From assembly GCA_044229975.1 (NCBI GenBank), contig JBGARZ010000007.1:367796-431795 (forward strand): 64,000 bases of DNA. Direction: 5' to 3'. Source of the DNA: Polyangiales bacterium (GTDB taxonomy: Bacteria; Myxococcota_A; Polyangia; Polyangiales; Ga0077539). The notes below the pieces were generated by a model. It was not told where the DNA came from. It did not search any database and was given only the letters and a program-made list of their open reading frames with translations. The position numbers and the translations under genes are program-made. The stretch's first letter is position 1, and the number at the start of each line of letters is the position of its first letter. Shown piece after piece: positions 53,461-63,894 of the stretch.

Positions 53461-53880
53461 CTAGAACGCGGCGCGGCAGGCGTCGACGACCAGCGCGATG
53501 AGCGCCAGCGACGACAGGAAGAACAGCGAGAAGCGCACCTCGATCTTGTTCCAGGTGGCCTGCACGAGGCTGTGGAGGACGCGCAGTCCGACGTAGGCCC
53601 AGGCGAGCGTGAGGTCGGCGCCGCCGCCGCGACCGAGCAGCGCGAGCGAGAGCGCGACGGCGTAGAAGAGCGTCGGCTGCTCCATCAGGTGGTTGTAGTT
53701 GTCGGCCTTCCAACGAACGTCGGCGGGCAGCGTGCTCATCTGCTCGCCGCGCGGCGCGTTGGGGTCGAGCTTCAAGCGCGCCCGGCGGATCGCCGGGAGA
53801 CGCGTCGCGTACATCCAGGCCCAGATGACCATGGACCATGCGACGAGGGCGACGACGGGCGCGAGGATGGGGCTGTGCAT
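53461..53880 (-). CDS. MAPEG-family membrane protein
   Basis: ADNYNHLMEQPTLFY, LAWAYVGLRVLHS. Confidence 0.9.
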   Translation of the reverse strand: MHSPILAPVVALVAWSMVIWAWMYATRLPAIRRARLKLDPNAPRGEQMSTLPADVRWKADNYNHLMEQPTLFYAVALSLALLGRGGGADLTLAWAYVGLRVLHSLVQATWNKIEVRFSLFFLSSLALIALVVDACRAAF

Positions 53881-53888
53881 CGTCGGCC

Positions 53889-55682
53889 CTACGCCCGCCG
53901 CCGCCTCCGCGCGATCACCATGCCCAGGGCAGCCAGCATCGCGCCCATGCCCGCGCCACCGCGCCCGGTGTCCGCCGCGCCCGCCACGTTGCAGTCGCAG
54001 CTCGGTGCCGGTGCCGCCGTCCCGGTGTCCGCGGCCACACCCGCGTCACTCGTCACGGCCGCGTCCGTGGTCACGCCCGCGTCGGACGCCGCCCCGGTCA
54101 CCATGATCTCTGCCGTTGCCTCGGCCATGTCGAAGGGCGCCGCGCGACCCGTCGCTTCGTAGCGCGCGAGCAGCTCGCGCCCGCGGTCGTCGGTGCGATT
54201 CTCCCTCGCGAGGAACTCCACGTACTCCCGCGTCGTCGACTGGTACCGCGCCCGCACGCGCACTCGCAGCGTCCCGCGCGCGCTCGCCGGCACCGTGAAC
54301 ACGTACGTCGCGTCGTCCCAGTGCCGCAGCGCACCGCCCTCGCCGCCCGAGTAGTCCTTGCCCACCGGCTCGTGACCAGGCAGCGGGCGAAAGCCTCGCG
54401 GCGGCAACCGCGAGTCGTCCACCACCGTGTCGTGCAGCGCGATGTGCTCGCCGGCGCCCATGCCCGCGCGGCCGTGGTGCGCCTCGTACACGTGCAGTTG
54501 TCGATCGGTCGTATCGAGGTGCGCTTGCGCGGTGTCGTAGCCGCCCGAGACCACCGTCTCGGCGCCGCTCGCGTCGATGAGCGTCACCGACAGCCACACG
54601 CGCCGCCCGTCCGCGTAGCCCGTCGGAACACGATGCCCCGACAGGTTGGTCAGCCGCGCCGTCACCGAGACCTCCGCGCCCGCCGCCGCCGTCATCGGCG
54701 CCTGGCGCACTTCGAGGCTCACGGCGCTCCGCAGCAGCGCCTCGGCCCGCAGCGCGCCCGCTTCGTAGTAGGGCACCAGGTCGGGGTCGTAGAACTCGCC
54801 CGACGTCACGTCGTCGCGCATCGCGCCGAGCATGCGCAGCGCCCACGCGTTGGCGCCCGAGAACTCGTGTCGCCGCGGGTCGCTCCGCAGCATCGCGGTG
54901 CCGTTGGTGGCCACGCGCGTCGCCGAGCCGTGGCGCGGCATGTGGCAGTCCTGGCAGGTGCGCGAGTCGGCCGTGCCCGCCGTCCCGTACACCGACCGCG
55001 ACCACTCGCTGTAGGTCGTGTCGAGCGGGAAGCGTCGGCCCGTGTCGGTGCCGTCGGCGGCGCGCTGCGGCTGCACGGGGTTGGACAGCTCGTGGCAGGT
55101 GCCGCACATGCGCGAGTCGGGGAGCCAGGTGGAGACCGCGCCCGGGTGACGGATGCTCTCGATCACGGGGTACGGCCCGAAGCGGGTGTCCGTCGGCGAG
55201 AACTCGTACTGCGCGTTGCCCAGGTTGGTGGTGGCCACCATGCGGTGACAGCTGTCGCAGGTGACGCCGTCGCGGTCGCTGGGGATGAGGCTGCCGCCGC
55301 GCGAGGCCGCCGCGTTGCCGCGCGTGCGACCGCCCACGAAGGCCGGCGGCGTGTGGCAGCGGAGGCACCAGTCGCCGACGCCGGGGCGGTCCTGCTCGGC
55401 CACCGTGAGCGCCGCGAGGTAGAGCGGGTCGCGCATCGCGTTGCCCATCATCGAACCGATCCATCCGTCGTACGGCATGGCCGTCGGCACCGCGGGGTCG
55501 CGCGAGAAGTGACAGGTCAGGCCGCACGAGTTGGCGGTGTCGAGAGGCTCCCCCTCGGCGAGCCCGCCGGGCTGGGTGCCCGGGAGGTTGATGTACTCCT
55601 GGGCGTCCGCGACGACGGACGCGAGCAAGGTGGAGACGCACAGCGCGAGCGCGAACGCTCGATGGTTTCGGTGGGAGGGCAT
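53889..55682 (-). CDS. Multiheme c-type cytochrome with MYXO-CTERM-like sorting tail
   Basis: CGLTCH, CLRCH, CDSCH, CGTCH, CQDCH; SMM.NAMRDP, TTYSEW; tail CDCNV..hydrophobic..RRRRR; start trimmed to MPSHRN. Confidence 0.88.
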   Translation of the reverse strand: MPSHRNHRAFALALCVSTLLASVVADAQEYINLPGTQPGGLAEGEPLDTANSCGLTCHFSRDPAVPTAMPYDGWIGSMMGNAMRDPLYLAALTVAEQDRPGVGDWCLRCHTPPAFVGGRTRGNAAASRGGSLIPSDRDGVTCDSCHRMVATTNLGNAQYEFSPTDTRFGPYPVIESIRHPGAVSTWLPDSRMCGTCHELSNPVQPQRAADGTDTGRRFPLDTTYSEWSRSVYGTAGTADSRTCQDCHMPRHGSATRVATNGTAMLRSDPRRHEFSGANAWALRMLGAMRDDVTSGEFYDPDLVPYYEAGALRAEALLRSAVSLEVRQAPMTAAAGAEVSVTARLTNLSGHRVPTGYADGRRVWLSVTLIDASGAETVVSGGYDTAQAHLDTTDRQLHVYEAHHGRAGMGAGEHIALHDTVVDDSRLPPRGFRPLPGHEPVGKDYSGGEGGALRHWDDATYVFTVPASARGTLRVRVRARYQSTTREYVEFLARENRTDDRGRELLARYEATGRAAPFDMAEATAEIMVTGAASDAGVTTDAAVTSDAGVAADTGTAAPAPSCDCNVAGAADTGRGGAGMGAMLAALGMVIARRRRRA

Positions 55683-55848
55683 GACAGCGGCGGAGGGTAG
55701 TCCCGTTCGGGATCGAAGGTGAAGGGTGTGGTGTCGGTGCGGCGGTGCGCGACGGTCGAGGCGGATCGCCCCGCTCGCATGACCCACGGCCGAGACGGTC
55801 GCGAGGGCCCTTTGCAACGGGGCAAGAATCTGTTCAACATCCGCCGCT

Positions 55849-57300
55849 ATGCGCTGCTCGCCCAAGACCGCTCTCCCCATCGCGTCCCTGGTTTTGCTCT
55901 CGTCCCTCGCTGGTTGTTCTGACCCCGTGGCCAGCCCCGGCCCGGTCGACGCCGGCAACGGGTCCGACGTCCCCGCCGCGACCGACCTCGGTACGCCGGG
56001 CGACGCGTCGACCGGCGACGACACCCCGGTGGCCACGACCGACAACGGCACCGGGAGCGACGCCTCCACCCCGCGCGACGTCCCCGCGACGCCGACCGAC
56101 GTGCCGGCGGGTTCTTGCGGCGTCTCCTCGGGCGTCGCCGCGCTGCTCGCCGAGACCACCGCCGCCAACTGGGCGGCGCAAAACCGCAGCCGGGGAATGA
56201 TGATGTTCGGCTGCGCCGACGCGACGAGCACCGCCAACTGTCTCTCGACGTACCCGCTCGCGGGCGATGGCAACATCGGAGAAAACCGCTCGGCCGTCGC
56301 GGGCGCCCACCTCCGCCTGCTGTTCACCAGCACCACCCGCTCGGGCTTCTGGACGCGCAGCTCCGCCGACGGTCGCTTCGTCGGCCGCGGCACCCGCATC
56401 CAGGACCTCTCGCGCAACGCCGACATCCGGGTCACCGACGGTGAGTACGACCCGGCGTTCTTCCCCGACAACAGCGGGTTCATGTACCACAACGGTGGCC
56501 GCATGTGCCCGATGAGCCTGCTCACCACGGGCATGCCGTCGTCCATCACCGTCGACGGCGCGGGCTCCATGTGCGTGGGCAGCTCCGTCGGCCTCTACGA
56601 GCACCTCGCGGCCGCCCTCGGCGGCGAAGACTACTGGGCTTCGTCCGCCGGCAGCGCCGCGTGGGACGACGGCGGCCACAGCCCCACCACCGAAGAGACC
56701 CCGCAAAACAACCCGTGGACCTCCAGCGCGACGACCACCATCTCGCTCATGGCCAACACGGGCTCGGGCTTCTCCTTCGTCGCGCAGCGCAGCGTCCGCA
56801 CGCCGCTGCAGGGCGACGGCGTCATCTCCCCCTCGTCGCGCTCGCTCATCACCCGCTTCGTCGACGACGAAGGCGCCTACGCCGGCTACGTGCTGCACCG
56901 CCTCAACGCGACGCACACGGGCTCGGCCGTCATGGCCACCCTCACCGAGATCGCCCGCTACTGCGTGCAGGGCGCCAAGCCCGCGTTCTCCTACGACGAG
57001 CGCTTCATCACCTACCACCACTACATCGGCACCGGCCCGACGGCCGACGCCGACGCGCGTGAGCTCGGCTTCACCGGCGCCGACGACGCGGGCTTCGCGG
57101 AGTACGCCTCGCGCGGCGCCGCCAACGTCTACCTCCTCGACCTCGCCACGGGCGCCACGACCCGGCTGACCAACATGGCCCCCGGTCAGTACGCGCTCTA
57201 CCCCCACTTCCGCTCGGACGGCTGGATGTACTTCCTCGTCCGCACCCTCGGCACTGCCACCGAGCACGTCATCGCCACCGACGCCGCGCTCACCCGGTGA
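55849..57300 (+). CDS. Lipoprotein with probable beta-propeller (TolB/PD40-like) domain
   Basis: Lipobox LAGC; YDPAFFPD, KPAFSYDER, ANVYLLDLATG..RLTN..YPHFRSDG. Confidence 0.75.
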   Translation: MRCSPKTALPIASLVLLSSLAGCSDPVASPGPVDAGNGSDVPAATDLGTPGDASTGDDTPVATTDNGTGSDASTPRDVPATPTDVPAGSCGVSSGVAALLAETTAANWAAQNRSRGMMMFGCADATSTANCLSTYPLAGDGNIGENRSAVAGAHLRLLFTSTTRSGFWTRSSADGRFVGRGTRIQDLSRNADIRVTDGEYDPAFFPDNSGFMYHNGGRMCPMSLLTTGMPSSITVDGAGSMCVGSSVGLYEHLAAALGGEDYWASSAGSAAWDDGGHSPTTEETPQNNPWTSSATTTISLMANTGSGFSFVAQRSVRTPLQGDGVISPSSRSLITRFVDDEGAYAGYVLHRLNATHTGSAVMATLTEIARYCVQGAKPAFSYDERFITYHHYIGTGPTADADARELGFTGADDAGFAEYASRGAANVYLLDLATGATTRLTNMAPGQYALYPHFRSDGWMYFLVRTLGTATEHVIATDAALTR

Positions 57301-58991
57301 CCACCTCGCGCACGCTGACCGGCGCGCTGGCTCTCGCCGCGCTCACCTCGGCGTGCGACCCCTCTCCCGACCCACCCCCCGACAACACCACTTGCAACGG
57401 CGTCTCGTCGCAGGCTTCCGCGGCCAGCGCCGAGGGCCGCTGGCTCATCGGGCTCGCCGCGCGCTACCCCGCCGACACCTCGCTCGCGGGTCGCAACGAC
57501 GAACTCCGTCGCTCGCAGCGGGCGCGCCGCGAGGTCGCGTGGCAGGCCGTCGCGCGGGCGCTGGCGCCGGTTCCGCTCGCGCACGACGCGGGCGTTGCGG
57601 GCGCCACCGTCCCGCGCTTTCGCACCTGGTACGACCGCGAGGACGTCTACCGCACCTTCGGTCGACTCTACGGCGCGCTCGGTGCGGCGGGGCGGGCCGC
57701 GCAGCAGCGCTTCACCGACGAGTCCCTCGACGACGCCCTCGGGTGGAACGCCCGCTTCGTCACCACGCTCCCCGAGTGGCCTACGACACGACTCGACACC
57801 TACGCCGCGTCCTTCAACAGCGCGACGGCCGTCGCGGGCATCACCGGCGTGCAGCGCATCGGGCTCAGCCCCGACGCCGTTCGGCACCTCGTGTCGAGCT
57901 ACCCCGAGGTCGTCGCGTGCCTCGCCCGCGGCGCGCCGCCCACCTTCGCCGATGGCCCCGTCGCATCGCAGCAGCTCGCCCGCGAGCCCGTCGCCCTCGC
58001 GCGCTGCGGCGCGCAGATGCACGGCGCGTATTTCGTCGCTACCGGGGGACAGCTCACGGCCCGGGTCGAGGGCGCGACCAACGCCGAGATTCGTGTGCTC
58101 GACGGCGTCGCCGACACCTCGCCGGTGCGCTGCACCGCGACCGCGACGGCGGGCTGCACCGTGATGGGACCGGGCACCTTCACCGTGCGCGTCGTGGCGC
58201 TCGGCCAGGCCACCAGCGGAACCCTCGACGTTCGCTACACGCCCCCCACGGCTGACTCCGCGACGTGCCTGCACGGGGTCTTTCCTCCGGGCGCGGCGAC
58301 CGTGGCCATGGAGTGGCGGCGCGTGGGCCTCGGTGATGCGTTTCCCGTCTACGACACCTCGGCGACGGCGCTCGCGCGACGCCTCGCGGGCGATGCGACG
58401 TGGGGCACCGGGGACAGCACCGCCGAGCCCGACGCGTCGAGCATCTACACCATGAGCCTCGCGTCGGGCGCGACGTTCAGGCTCGCGGGCATGCACATCC
58501 GCACGCGCGAGGTCGACCGCTGGATCAACATCACCCTCTGGTGGTCACCGACCCCCGACGAGGATTTCGGCGCCGATCGTCCGGCAGCCGTGCGCGCCCT
58601 CGGCGGCCCGTGGTCGTCGTACAAGATGTGCGTCGCGACGGACTTCGATGAGCTCGACCCCGACCCTTCGGGAGGCTTTGGGCAGAGCGCGCCGTCGCTC
58701 GCCGCGGCGCTGCGGCAGGTGCGCGAGGGCGGCGGCCCGTCGTGGTGCTCCAACCCGTACATCGACGCGGGCCCCGGGCTCGTGCGCTCCAACTGCGTCG
58801 GCTGTCACCAGCACGCGATGAGCGGCGTTCGCCCCGCCGAAGTGCAGAACGACATCACGCGCTACCCCGCCAACGGTCGGCGGCAGGTGCGCAACAACTT
58901 CCCCTCGGACGGCTTCTGGGGCCTCGACGGCGGCGACAACATCGCGTCGGTCATCGCCGAGGCCGTCGACTACTACCGCAACGCCCGGTAG
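57297..58991 (+). CDS. Lipoprotein with a single C-terminal heme-c motif
   Basis: GTGA overlap with the upstream stop; lipobox TSAC; WCSNPY..NCVGCHQH. Confidence 0.78.
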   Translation: MTTSRTLTGALALAALTSACDPSPDPPPDNTTCNGVSSQASAASAEGRWLIGLAARYPADTSLAGRNDELRRSQRARREVAWQAVARALAPVPLAHDAGVAGATVPRFRTWYDREDVYRTFGRLYGALGAAGRAAQQRFTDESLDDALGWNARFVTTLPEWPTTRLDTYAASFNSATAVAGITGVQRIGLSPDAVRHLVSSYPEVVACLARGAPPTFADGPVASQQLAREPVALARCGAQMHGAYFVATGGQLTARVEGATNAEIRVLDGVADTSPVRCTATATAGCTVMGPGTFTVRVVALGQATSGTLDVRYTPPTADSATCLHGVFPPGAATVAMEWRRVGLGDAFPVYDTSATALARRLAGDATWGTGDSTAEPDASSIYTMSLASGATFRLAGMHIRTREVDRWINITLWWSPTPDEDFGADRPAAVRALGGPWSSYKMCVATDFDELDPDPSGGFGQSAPSLAAALRQVREGGGPSWCSNPYIDAGPGLVRSNCVGCHQHAMSGVRPAEVQNDITRYPANGRRQVRNNFPSDGFWGLDGGDNIASVIAEAVDYYRNAR

Positions 58992-59003
58992 CGTCGCGGG
59001 CCT

Positions 59004-59837
59004 ATGCCCGCCACGCCCGACATCGTCGGAACCACCACCGACCCCATCACGTTCACCTACGACGCCTCGCGCACCATCCTCTACGCCCTCGGCGTCGGGG
59101 CCACCGCCGACGAGCTCGACTTCCTCTACGAGGGCCGCGGCCCGAAGGTGCTGCCGACCTTCGCGGTGATCCCCGCCTACGACGCCCTCATGGCCGCGAT
59201 GGCGCGCTCGGACATCTCCTTCGCGGATGTTGTTCATGGGCACCAGAAGGTCACCGTGGCGCGGCCGCTGCCGCCCGCCGCGACGCTCACCACCACCGCC
59301 ACCGTGACCGCCGTCTACGACATGCGGAAGATGGCCCAGGTCGTCGTCACCACCAGCACGCGCACCATCGACGGAGAGCACCTCTTCGACACCGAGTGGG
59401 GCATCCTCGTGCTCACGGGTGGCGGCTTCGGCGGTGAGCCTCCGCCCGCGCGTGAAGGAGGCGCCCCGGCGCGCGCGCCCGACGCGGTCATCGAGGAGGC
59501 CACGCGCCCCGAGCAGGCGCTGCTCTACCGACTCATGGGCGATGGCAATCCCCTGCACGCCGACCCGGCCTTCCCGCTGGTCGCGCGCTTCAACGGCAAG
59601 CCCATCCTGCATGGGCTGTGCACCTACGGCTACGGACTGAGGGCCGTCGCGCGGGCGCTCGTCGACGGCGATGCGACGCGCGTGACCGAGATCGGCGCGC
59701 GCTTCACCAAGCCGGTGTGGCCGGGTGATGTGCTGCGCACCGAGGTCTGGCGGGAGGGGGAGCGGGTGTGGTTCAGGACGACGACGAAGGAGCGCGGCGA
59801 CGCGGTGCTGTCCCACGGGACGGCGCGCGTCGCCTGA
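59004..59837 (+). CDS. MaoC-like double hot-dog enoyl-CoA hydratase 2
   Basis: ILYALGVGA, LPTF, HGHQ, ALLYRLMGDGNPLHADP, ILHGLCTYG. Confidence 0.92.
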   Translation: MPATPDIVGTTTDPITFTYDASRTILYALGVGATADELDFLYEGRGPKVLPTFAVIPAYDALMAAMARSDISFADVVHGHQKVTVARPLPPAATLTTTATVTAVYDMRKMAQVVVTTSTRTIDGEHLFDTEWGILVLTGGGFGGEPPPAREGGAPARAPDAVIEEATRPEQALLYRLMGDGNPLHADPAFPLVARFNGKPILHGLCTYGYGLRAVARALVDGDATRVTEIGARFTKPVWPGDVLRTEVWREGERVWFRTTTKERGDAVLSHGTARVA

Positions 59838-59846
59838 GCGCGAGGG

Positions 59847-61850
59847 TCACCGCGGCGTGAAGCGGAAGCTGGTGCCCGAGGTGACCATCGTGCACGCGGT
59901 GTCCGTCGACCGGCACACGACGGTCGCGGCGCTGCCCGAGTTGTTCTCGACGCCGACGGTGGGGATGTAGCCCGCCGGGGGGGTGGCGATGCGGGAGTAC
60001 ACGAGGTCGACCGTGTTGGTGCTCTCGTTGAGGGCGATCTCGAAGTTCATGTCGCCCGTGCGGCCGCTGAAGTAGTCGACGTCGCCCCACTGCACGATGA
60101 AGCGGCGGTTGGGCGCCGTGCCCGTGACCAGCGTGCAGACACCCGCGGGCGAGGTGACGAGGTCGGTCCACCACGCGGCGATGACGGCGTCGGGCGCGAG
60201 GGGGTCGGGGATGATGCCCGAGAGGTTGTTGTACACCGTGGGTTGCAGCGACATGAAGCCGTTGCTGGCCACGTTGACCATCGCGCCGGCGGGGAGGCTG
60301 GCCCCCCACCACGTGAAGGCGAAGGGCAGCGGGATGAGCACGCCCAGGTCGTCCTGGCTGGGCAGGAGGTGCATCGCCATCGTGTTGCCGCAGACGTCCA
60401 CGTAGGCGGGCCCGGTCGAGCGCGCGTAGGTGGTTACGCCCGTGCTCGCCAGGCAGGTGGAGCCGCGGGCGCAGGTCGTGCCCACGCCGCACACGATGCC
60501 GCAGGTGCCGCAGTTGAGGTTGCTCGAGATGCTGACCTCGCAGCCGTTGCTCGCGTCGCGGTCGCACTCGGCGTAGCCCGGGTTGCACGTCGGGGCGCAG
60601 CGCGACGAGACGCAGGAGTTGCTGGTCCGCGGGTCGACGCGACACACGGTGCCGCACGCGCCGCAGTGGGCGGCGTTGCTGCTCGTGTCGGTCTCGCACC
60701 CGTTGGCCGGGTTGCCGTCGCAGTCGCGGAACGTCCCCGTGCACGACCCCATCACGCACGCGCCCGCGACGCACGTGGCCGTCGCGTTGGGGAAGATGCA
60801 CGCCCGACCGCATCCGCCGCAGTGGGCGGGCGTGGTGTTGATGTTGGTCTCGCACCCCGCCGCAGCGGTGCAATCACCGTAGCCGGCGTTGCAGGCGCCG
60901 AGGCCGCACACACCACCGCGGCACGCCCCGACGGCGAAGGGCGGATTGGGGCAGATGTTGCCGCAGGCGTTGCAGTTGGTGGCCGAGGTCTGCACGTCGG
61001 TGCAGACGCCGCTGCACAGCAGGTTGGGCGCGGTGCACACCGTGGTGCAGACGCCCGCGGTGCAGCTCTGCCCGCTGGGGCAGGCGCGGCCGCACATCCC
61101 GCAGTTGGCGGGGTTGTTGGCCGTCGGGGTCTCGCAGCCGTCGGCCGCCATGCCGTTGCAGTTGGCGTAGCCGGCGTTGCAGGTGGTGCTGCACGTGGGC
61201 GTGGCGCCCGCGGAGCTCGCGGTGCAGGCGGGGGTGCCGTTGAGCGCCGCGCCGGAGGGGCAGACGTTCATGCAGGCGCCGCAGTTGGTGATGGTGTTGA
61301 GCGCGCCTTCGCAGCCGTTGCGCGGGTCGCGATCGCAGTCGGCGAAGCCCGCGTTGCAGTTGAGGACGCAGGTGCCGTCGGTGCACGCCGGCGCGGCGTT
61401 GGTCGGGTTGCACGCGTAGTTGCAGCGACCGCAGTGTTCGAGGCTGTTGTTCGGGTTGACGCACGCGCTCGCGCCCGCGACGGTGCAGGTGATGGTCGGG
61501 CTCATGCACCCGCCGTCGACCGGCGGAACGTCCCCCGGGTCACCCGAGTCTGGCGCGCTCGCGTCGGGCGCGTCGTCGGTGGTGCCCGCGTCGGCCGCGT
61601 CGGTCACGGTCACCACGTCGCCGGGGACGCCGCTGTCGACCACGTCGCCGGGTGTCACCACGTCGCCGGGCATCACCACGTCGATGCCCCCCTGGTCGGT
61701 CGGGCCCACCACGTCGGTCGCGCCCGTGTCGACGGCGCCGGTGTCCGCGGTCACCACGTCGGGTCGGGTCGTCCCCAGCGAAAATTCGCTCGTGGGAAAG
61801 CTACACGCGCTCGTCGCCGCCACCATCGCCAGCCAGGTCCACCGCTTCAT
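59847..61850 (-). CDS. Lipoprotein with 7 Cys-rich modules and a NIDO-like head
   Basis: Lipobox TSAC; DD....IPLPFAFTWWG, VASNG, IAAWWTDL, GTAPNRRFIVQW. Confidence 0.85.
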   Translation of the reverse strand: MKRWTWLAMVAATSACSFPTSEFSLGTTRPDVVTADTGAVDTGATDVVGPTDQGGIDVVMPGDVVTPGDVVDSGVPGDVVTVTDAADAGTTDDAPDASAPDSGDPGDVPPVDGGCMSPTITCTVAGASACVNPNNSLEHCGRCNYACNPTNAAPACTDGTCVLNCNAGFADCDRDPRNGCEGALNTITNCGACMNVCPSGAALNGTPACTASSAGATPTCSTTCNAGYANCNGMAADGCETPTANNPANCGMCGRACPSGQSCTAGVCTTVCTAPNLLCSGVCTDVQTSATNCNACGNICPNPPFAVGACRGGVCGLGACNAGYGDCTAAAGCETNINTTPAHCGGCGRACIFPNATATCVAGACVMGSCTGTFRDCDGNPANGCETDTSSNAAHCGACGTVCRVDPRTSNSCVSSRCAPTCNPGYAECDRDASNGCEVSISSNLNCGTCGIVCGVGTTCARGSTCLASTGVTTYARSTGPAYVDVCGNTMAMHLLPSQDDLGVLIPLPFAFTWWGASLPAGAMVNVASNGFMSLQPTVYNNLSGIIPDPLAPDAVIAAWWTDLVTSPAGVCTLVTGTAPNRRFIVQWGDVDYFSGRTGDMNFEIALNESTNTVDLVYSRIATPPAGYIPTVGVENNSGSAATVVCRSTDTACTMVTSGTSFRFTPR

Positions 61851-61920
61851 GTCTCGGAACCTACCAGCGTCTCCCGCGGCGAGAAACCGTTGTGTGCGGT
61901 GATACGTTCCAGGTCACGCC

Positions 61921-63882
61921 ATGACCCTCCGAACGCTGCTCCTGGTCGTCTTCGCCCTGGGTTGCGTCTCGACCCCCCGCCGCGTGTCCGGGCCCGACAG
62001 CGCCGTGCGCCCGGAGGCCGACTACGCCGACGACATCAGCTCGCCGACGGTGTGGGCCGCCCTCGCCGCGACCCCCGGTCGTGAGCGACTCGCGCGCACC
62101 GAGGTGGTCAAGGTCATCGTCGACCTCGACGACCACGATCACATCTACTTCCTCCAGTCGCGCCGCTGGGAGATCCACTACTTCTTCGCGTCGCGCTTCC
62201 TCTCCACGCCCACCAACCCGGTCGAAGACCACGCGGCCTTCAACATCCGCGAGTACCGCCGCGACGACCGCCGCTTCGTGCTCGGAACCCTCATGCACCA
62301 GCGCGACACCGACGCGTGGTGGTACGAGCTCGTCGCGGGCGACACCCTCGACGTGCCGCGCACCGTGCGCGTCTTCAACGCCATCCGCTCGCGCCTGTGG
62401 GTGCGCGACCGGCTGCGCTACCACCCCGTTCCGCCCGCTCACGACGACGCGCGGGAGGCGTTTACGCAGGCGGGCGTGCCGGTGCTCACGTCGGACGAGA
62501 TCTACGCGGGCATGGTCTACCAACCCGTGAATCCAGGCGTCGCCTACGGGACGCTGCGCCTCGTCGACGGCCCGCTCGACCCCGCGCGCGTGCGACGCAC
62601 CGACGTGCTGGTGCTCGCCCACGCGCCGCTCGATCTGCCCGTGTGCGCCGGGGTCATCACGGCAGAATTCCAGACGCCGCTCAGCCACCTCGCCGTGCTC
62701 GCGAGCAACCGCGGGACGGCCGACATGGCCCTGCGCGACGCGCTCAACAACCCCGAGGTGCGCGCCCTCGACGGGCATCTCGTGCGCCTCTCCGTCACCC
62801 CACAAGGGTGGACGCTCACGCCCGCGACGCTCCCCGAAGCCGAGCGCGCCTGGGAGGCGATGCGTCCGCGACAACCGTCGACGCCCGCGCTCTCGACGAG
62901 GGCCGCGGGGCTCATCGAGCTCGCGACGCTGCGGGCGCGCGACCTCGACGTGGCGGGCGCGAAGGCCGCGCAGCTCGGCGAGCTCGGGGCGATCGGCGGG
63001 GACGTGAGGGTGCCGCGCGGGTTCGTGGTTCCGTTTGCGGCGTACCTCGCGCATGGGGAGCGCTCGGGGGCGCGGGTGATGCGCGACGCCATCCTGGGTG
63101 ACGCGGCGCTGCGGGCCGACGGCGATCGCTTGAGCGAACAGTTGCGGCTCCTGCGAGAGCGCATCGCGACGAGCCCGGTGGACCCGGCGCTGCTCGCGTC
63201 GATCAGGCAGCGAGCGAGGGCGCTCGGGTCGCGGCGCATACGGCTGCGGTCGAGCACCAACGCCGAAGACCTGCCGGGCTTCAACGGCGCGGGGCTCTAT
63301 CGCTCGGTGGTCATCGAGGCGTCGGCCGACGACGCGGCGCTCGCCGATGCGCTGCGCGCGGTGTGGGCCAGCACCTGGAACCTCCAGGCCCACCAAGAGC
63401 GCAGCTTCTTCCGCATCGACGAGTCGCGGGTGGCGATGGCGGTGCTGGTGCAGGAGTCCATCGACGACGACGTGGTGGACGGCGTGGCGATCACGGGCAA
63501 CCCCTTCAACGCGGGCCGACCGGCGTACTTCATCAACGCGCAGGTCGCGGGCGATGAGGGCGGATCGGTGACGAGCGCGCGCGCCGATCAGGTGCCCGAG
63601 CAGGTGATCTATTACACGTACGGAGAGACCGGGGAGTTCGAGCGCATCGCGCGCAGCTCGCAGACGCGCGGCGCGGCGGTGCTGACCGAAGCCGAGCTGG
63701 TGCACCTGGCGGCGGTGTTGCGGGCGATCCATGGGCGCTTCGTGCCGGACGCGTGGGACACGGCGCACGCGATGGACGTGGAGTTCATCCTGCACGGCCC
63801 GCAGCGGGCGCTGGTGGTGGTGCAGGCGCGGCCGTACACGATGCGCCACGACCAGGGGCGCGAGGCAGCGGTCGAGCCGTAG
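61921..63882 (+). CDS. PEP/pyruvate-binding (PPDK N-terminal ATP-grasp) domain lipoprotein
   Basis: Lipobox ALGC; TPLSHLAVLA, GAKAAQLGEL, RSSTNAEDLPGFNGAGLY, VWAS, MAVLVQ, MDVEF..VQARP. Confidence 0.9.
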   Translation: MTLRTLLLVVFALGCVSTPRRVSGPDSAVRPEADYADDISSPTVWAALAATPGRERLARTEVVKVIVDLDDHDHIYFLQSRRWEIHYFFASRFLSTPTNPVEDHAAFNIREYRRDDRRFVLGTLMHQRDTDAWWYELVAGDTLDVPRTVRVFNAIRSRLWVRDRLRYHPVPPAHDDAREAFTQAGVPVLTSDEIYAGMVYQPVNPGVAYGTLRLVDGPLDPARVRRTDVLVLAHAPLDLPVCAGVITAEFQTPLSHLAVLASNRGTADMALRDALNNPEVRALDGHLVRLSVTPQGWTLTPATLPEAERAWEAMRPRQPSTPALSTRAAGLIELATLRARDLDVAGAKAAQLGELGAIGGDVRVPRGFVVPFAAYLAHGERSGARVMRDAILGDAALRADGDRLSEQLRLLRERIATSPVDPALLASIRQRARALGSRRIRLRSSTNAEDLPGFNGAGLYRSVVIEASADDAALADALRAVWASTWNLQAHQERSFFRIDESRVAMAVLVQESIDDDVVDGVAITGNPFNAGRPAYFINAQVAGDEGGSVTSARADQVPEQVIYYTYGETGEFERIARSSQTRGAAVLTEAELVHLAAVLRAIHGRFVPDAWDTAHAMDVEFILHGPQRALVVVQARPYTMRHDQGREAAVEP

Positions 63883-63894
63883 CAGGCGCCTTCA

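Noticed and set aside
55683..56570. About 295-aa N-terminal extension of the multiheme cytochrome
   Set aside because: Antisense to the lipoprotein at 55849; the signal peptide begins near 55682
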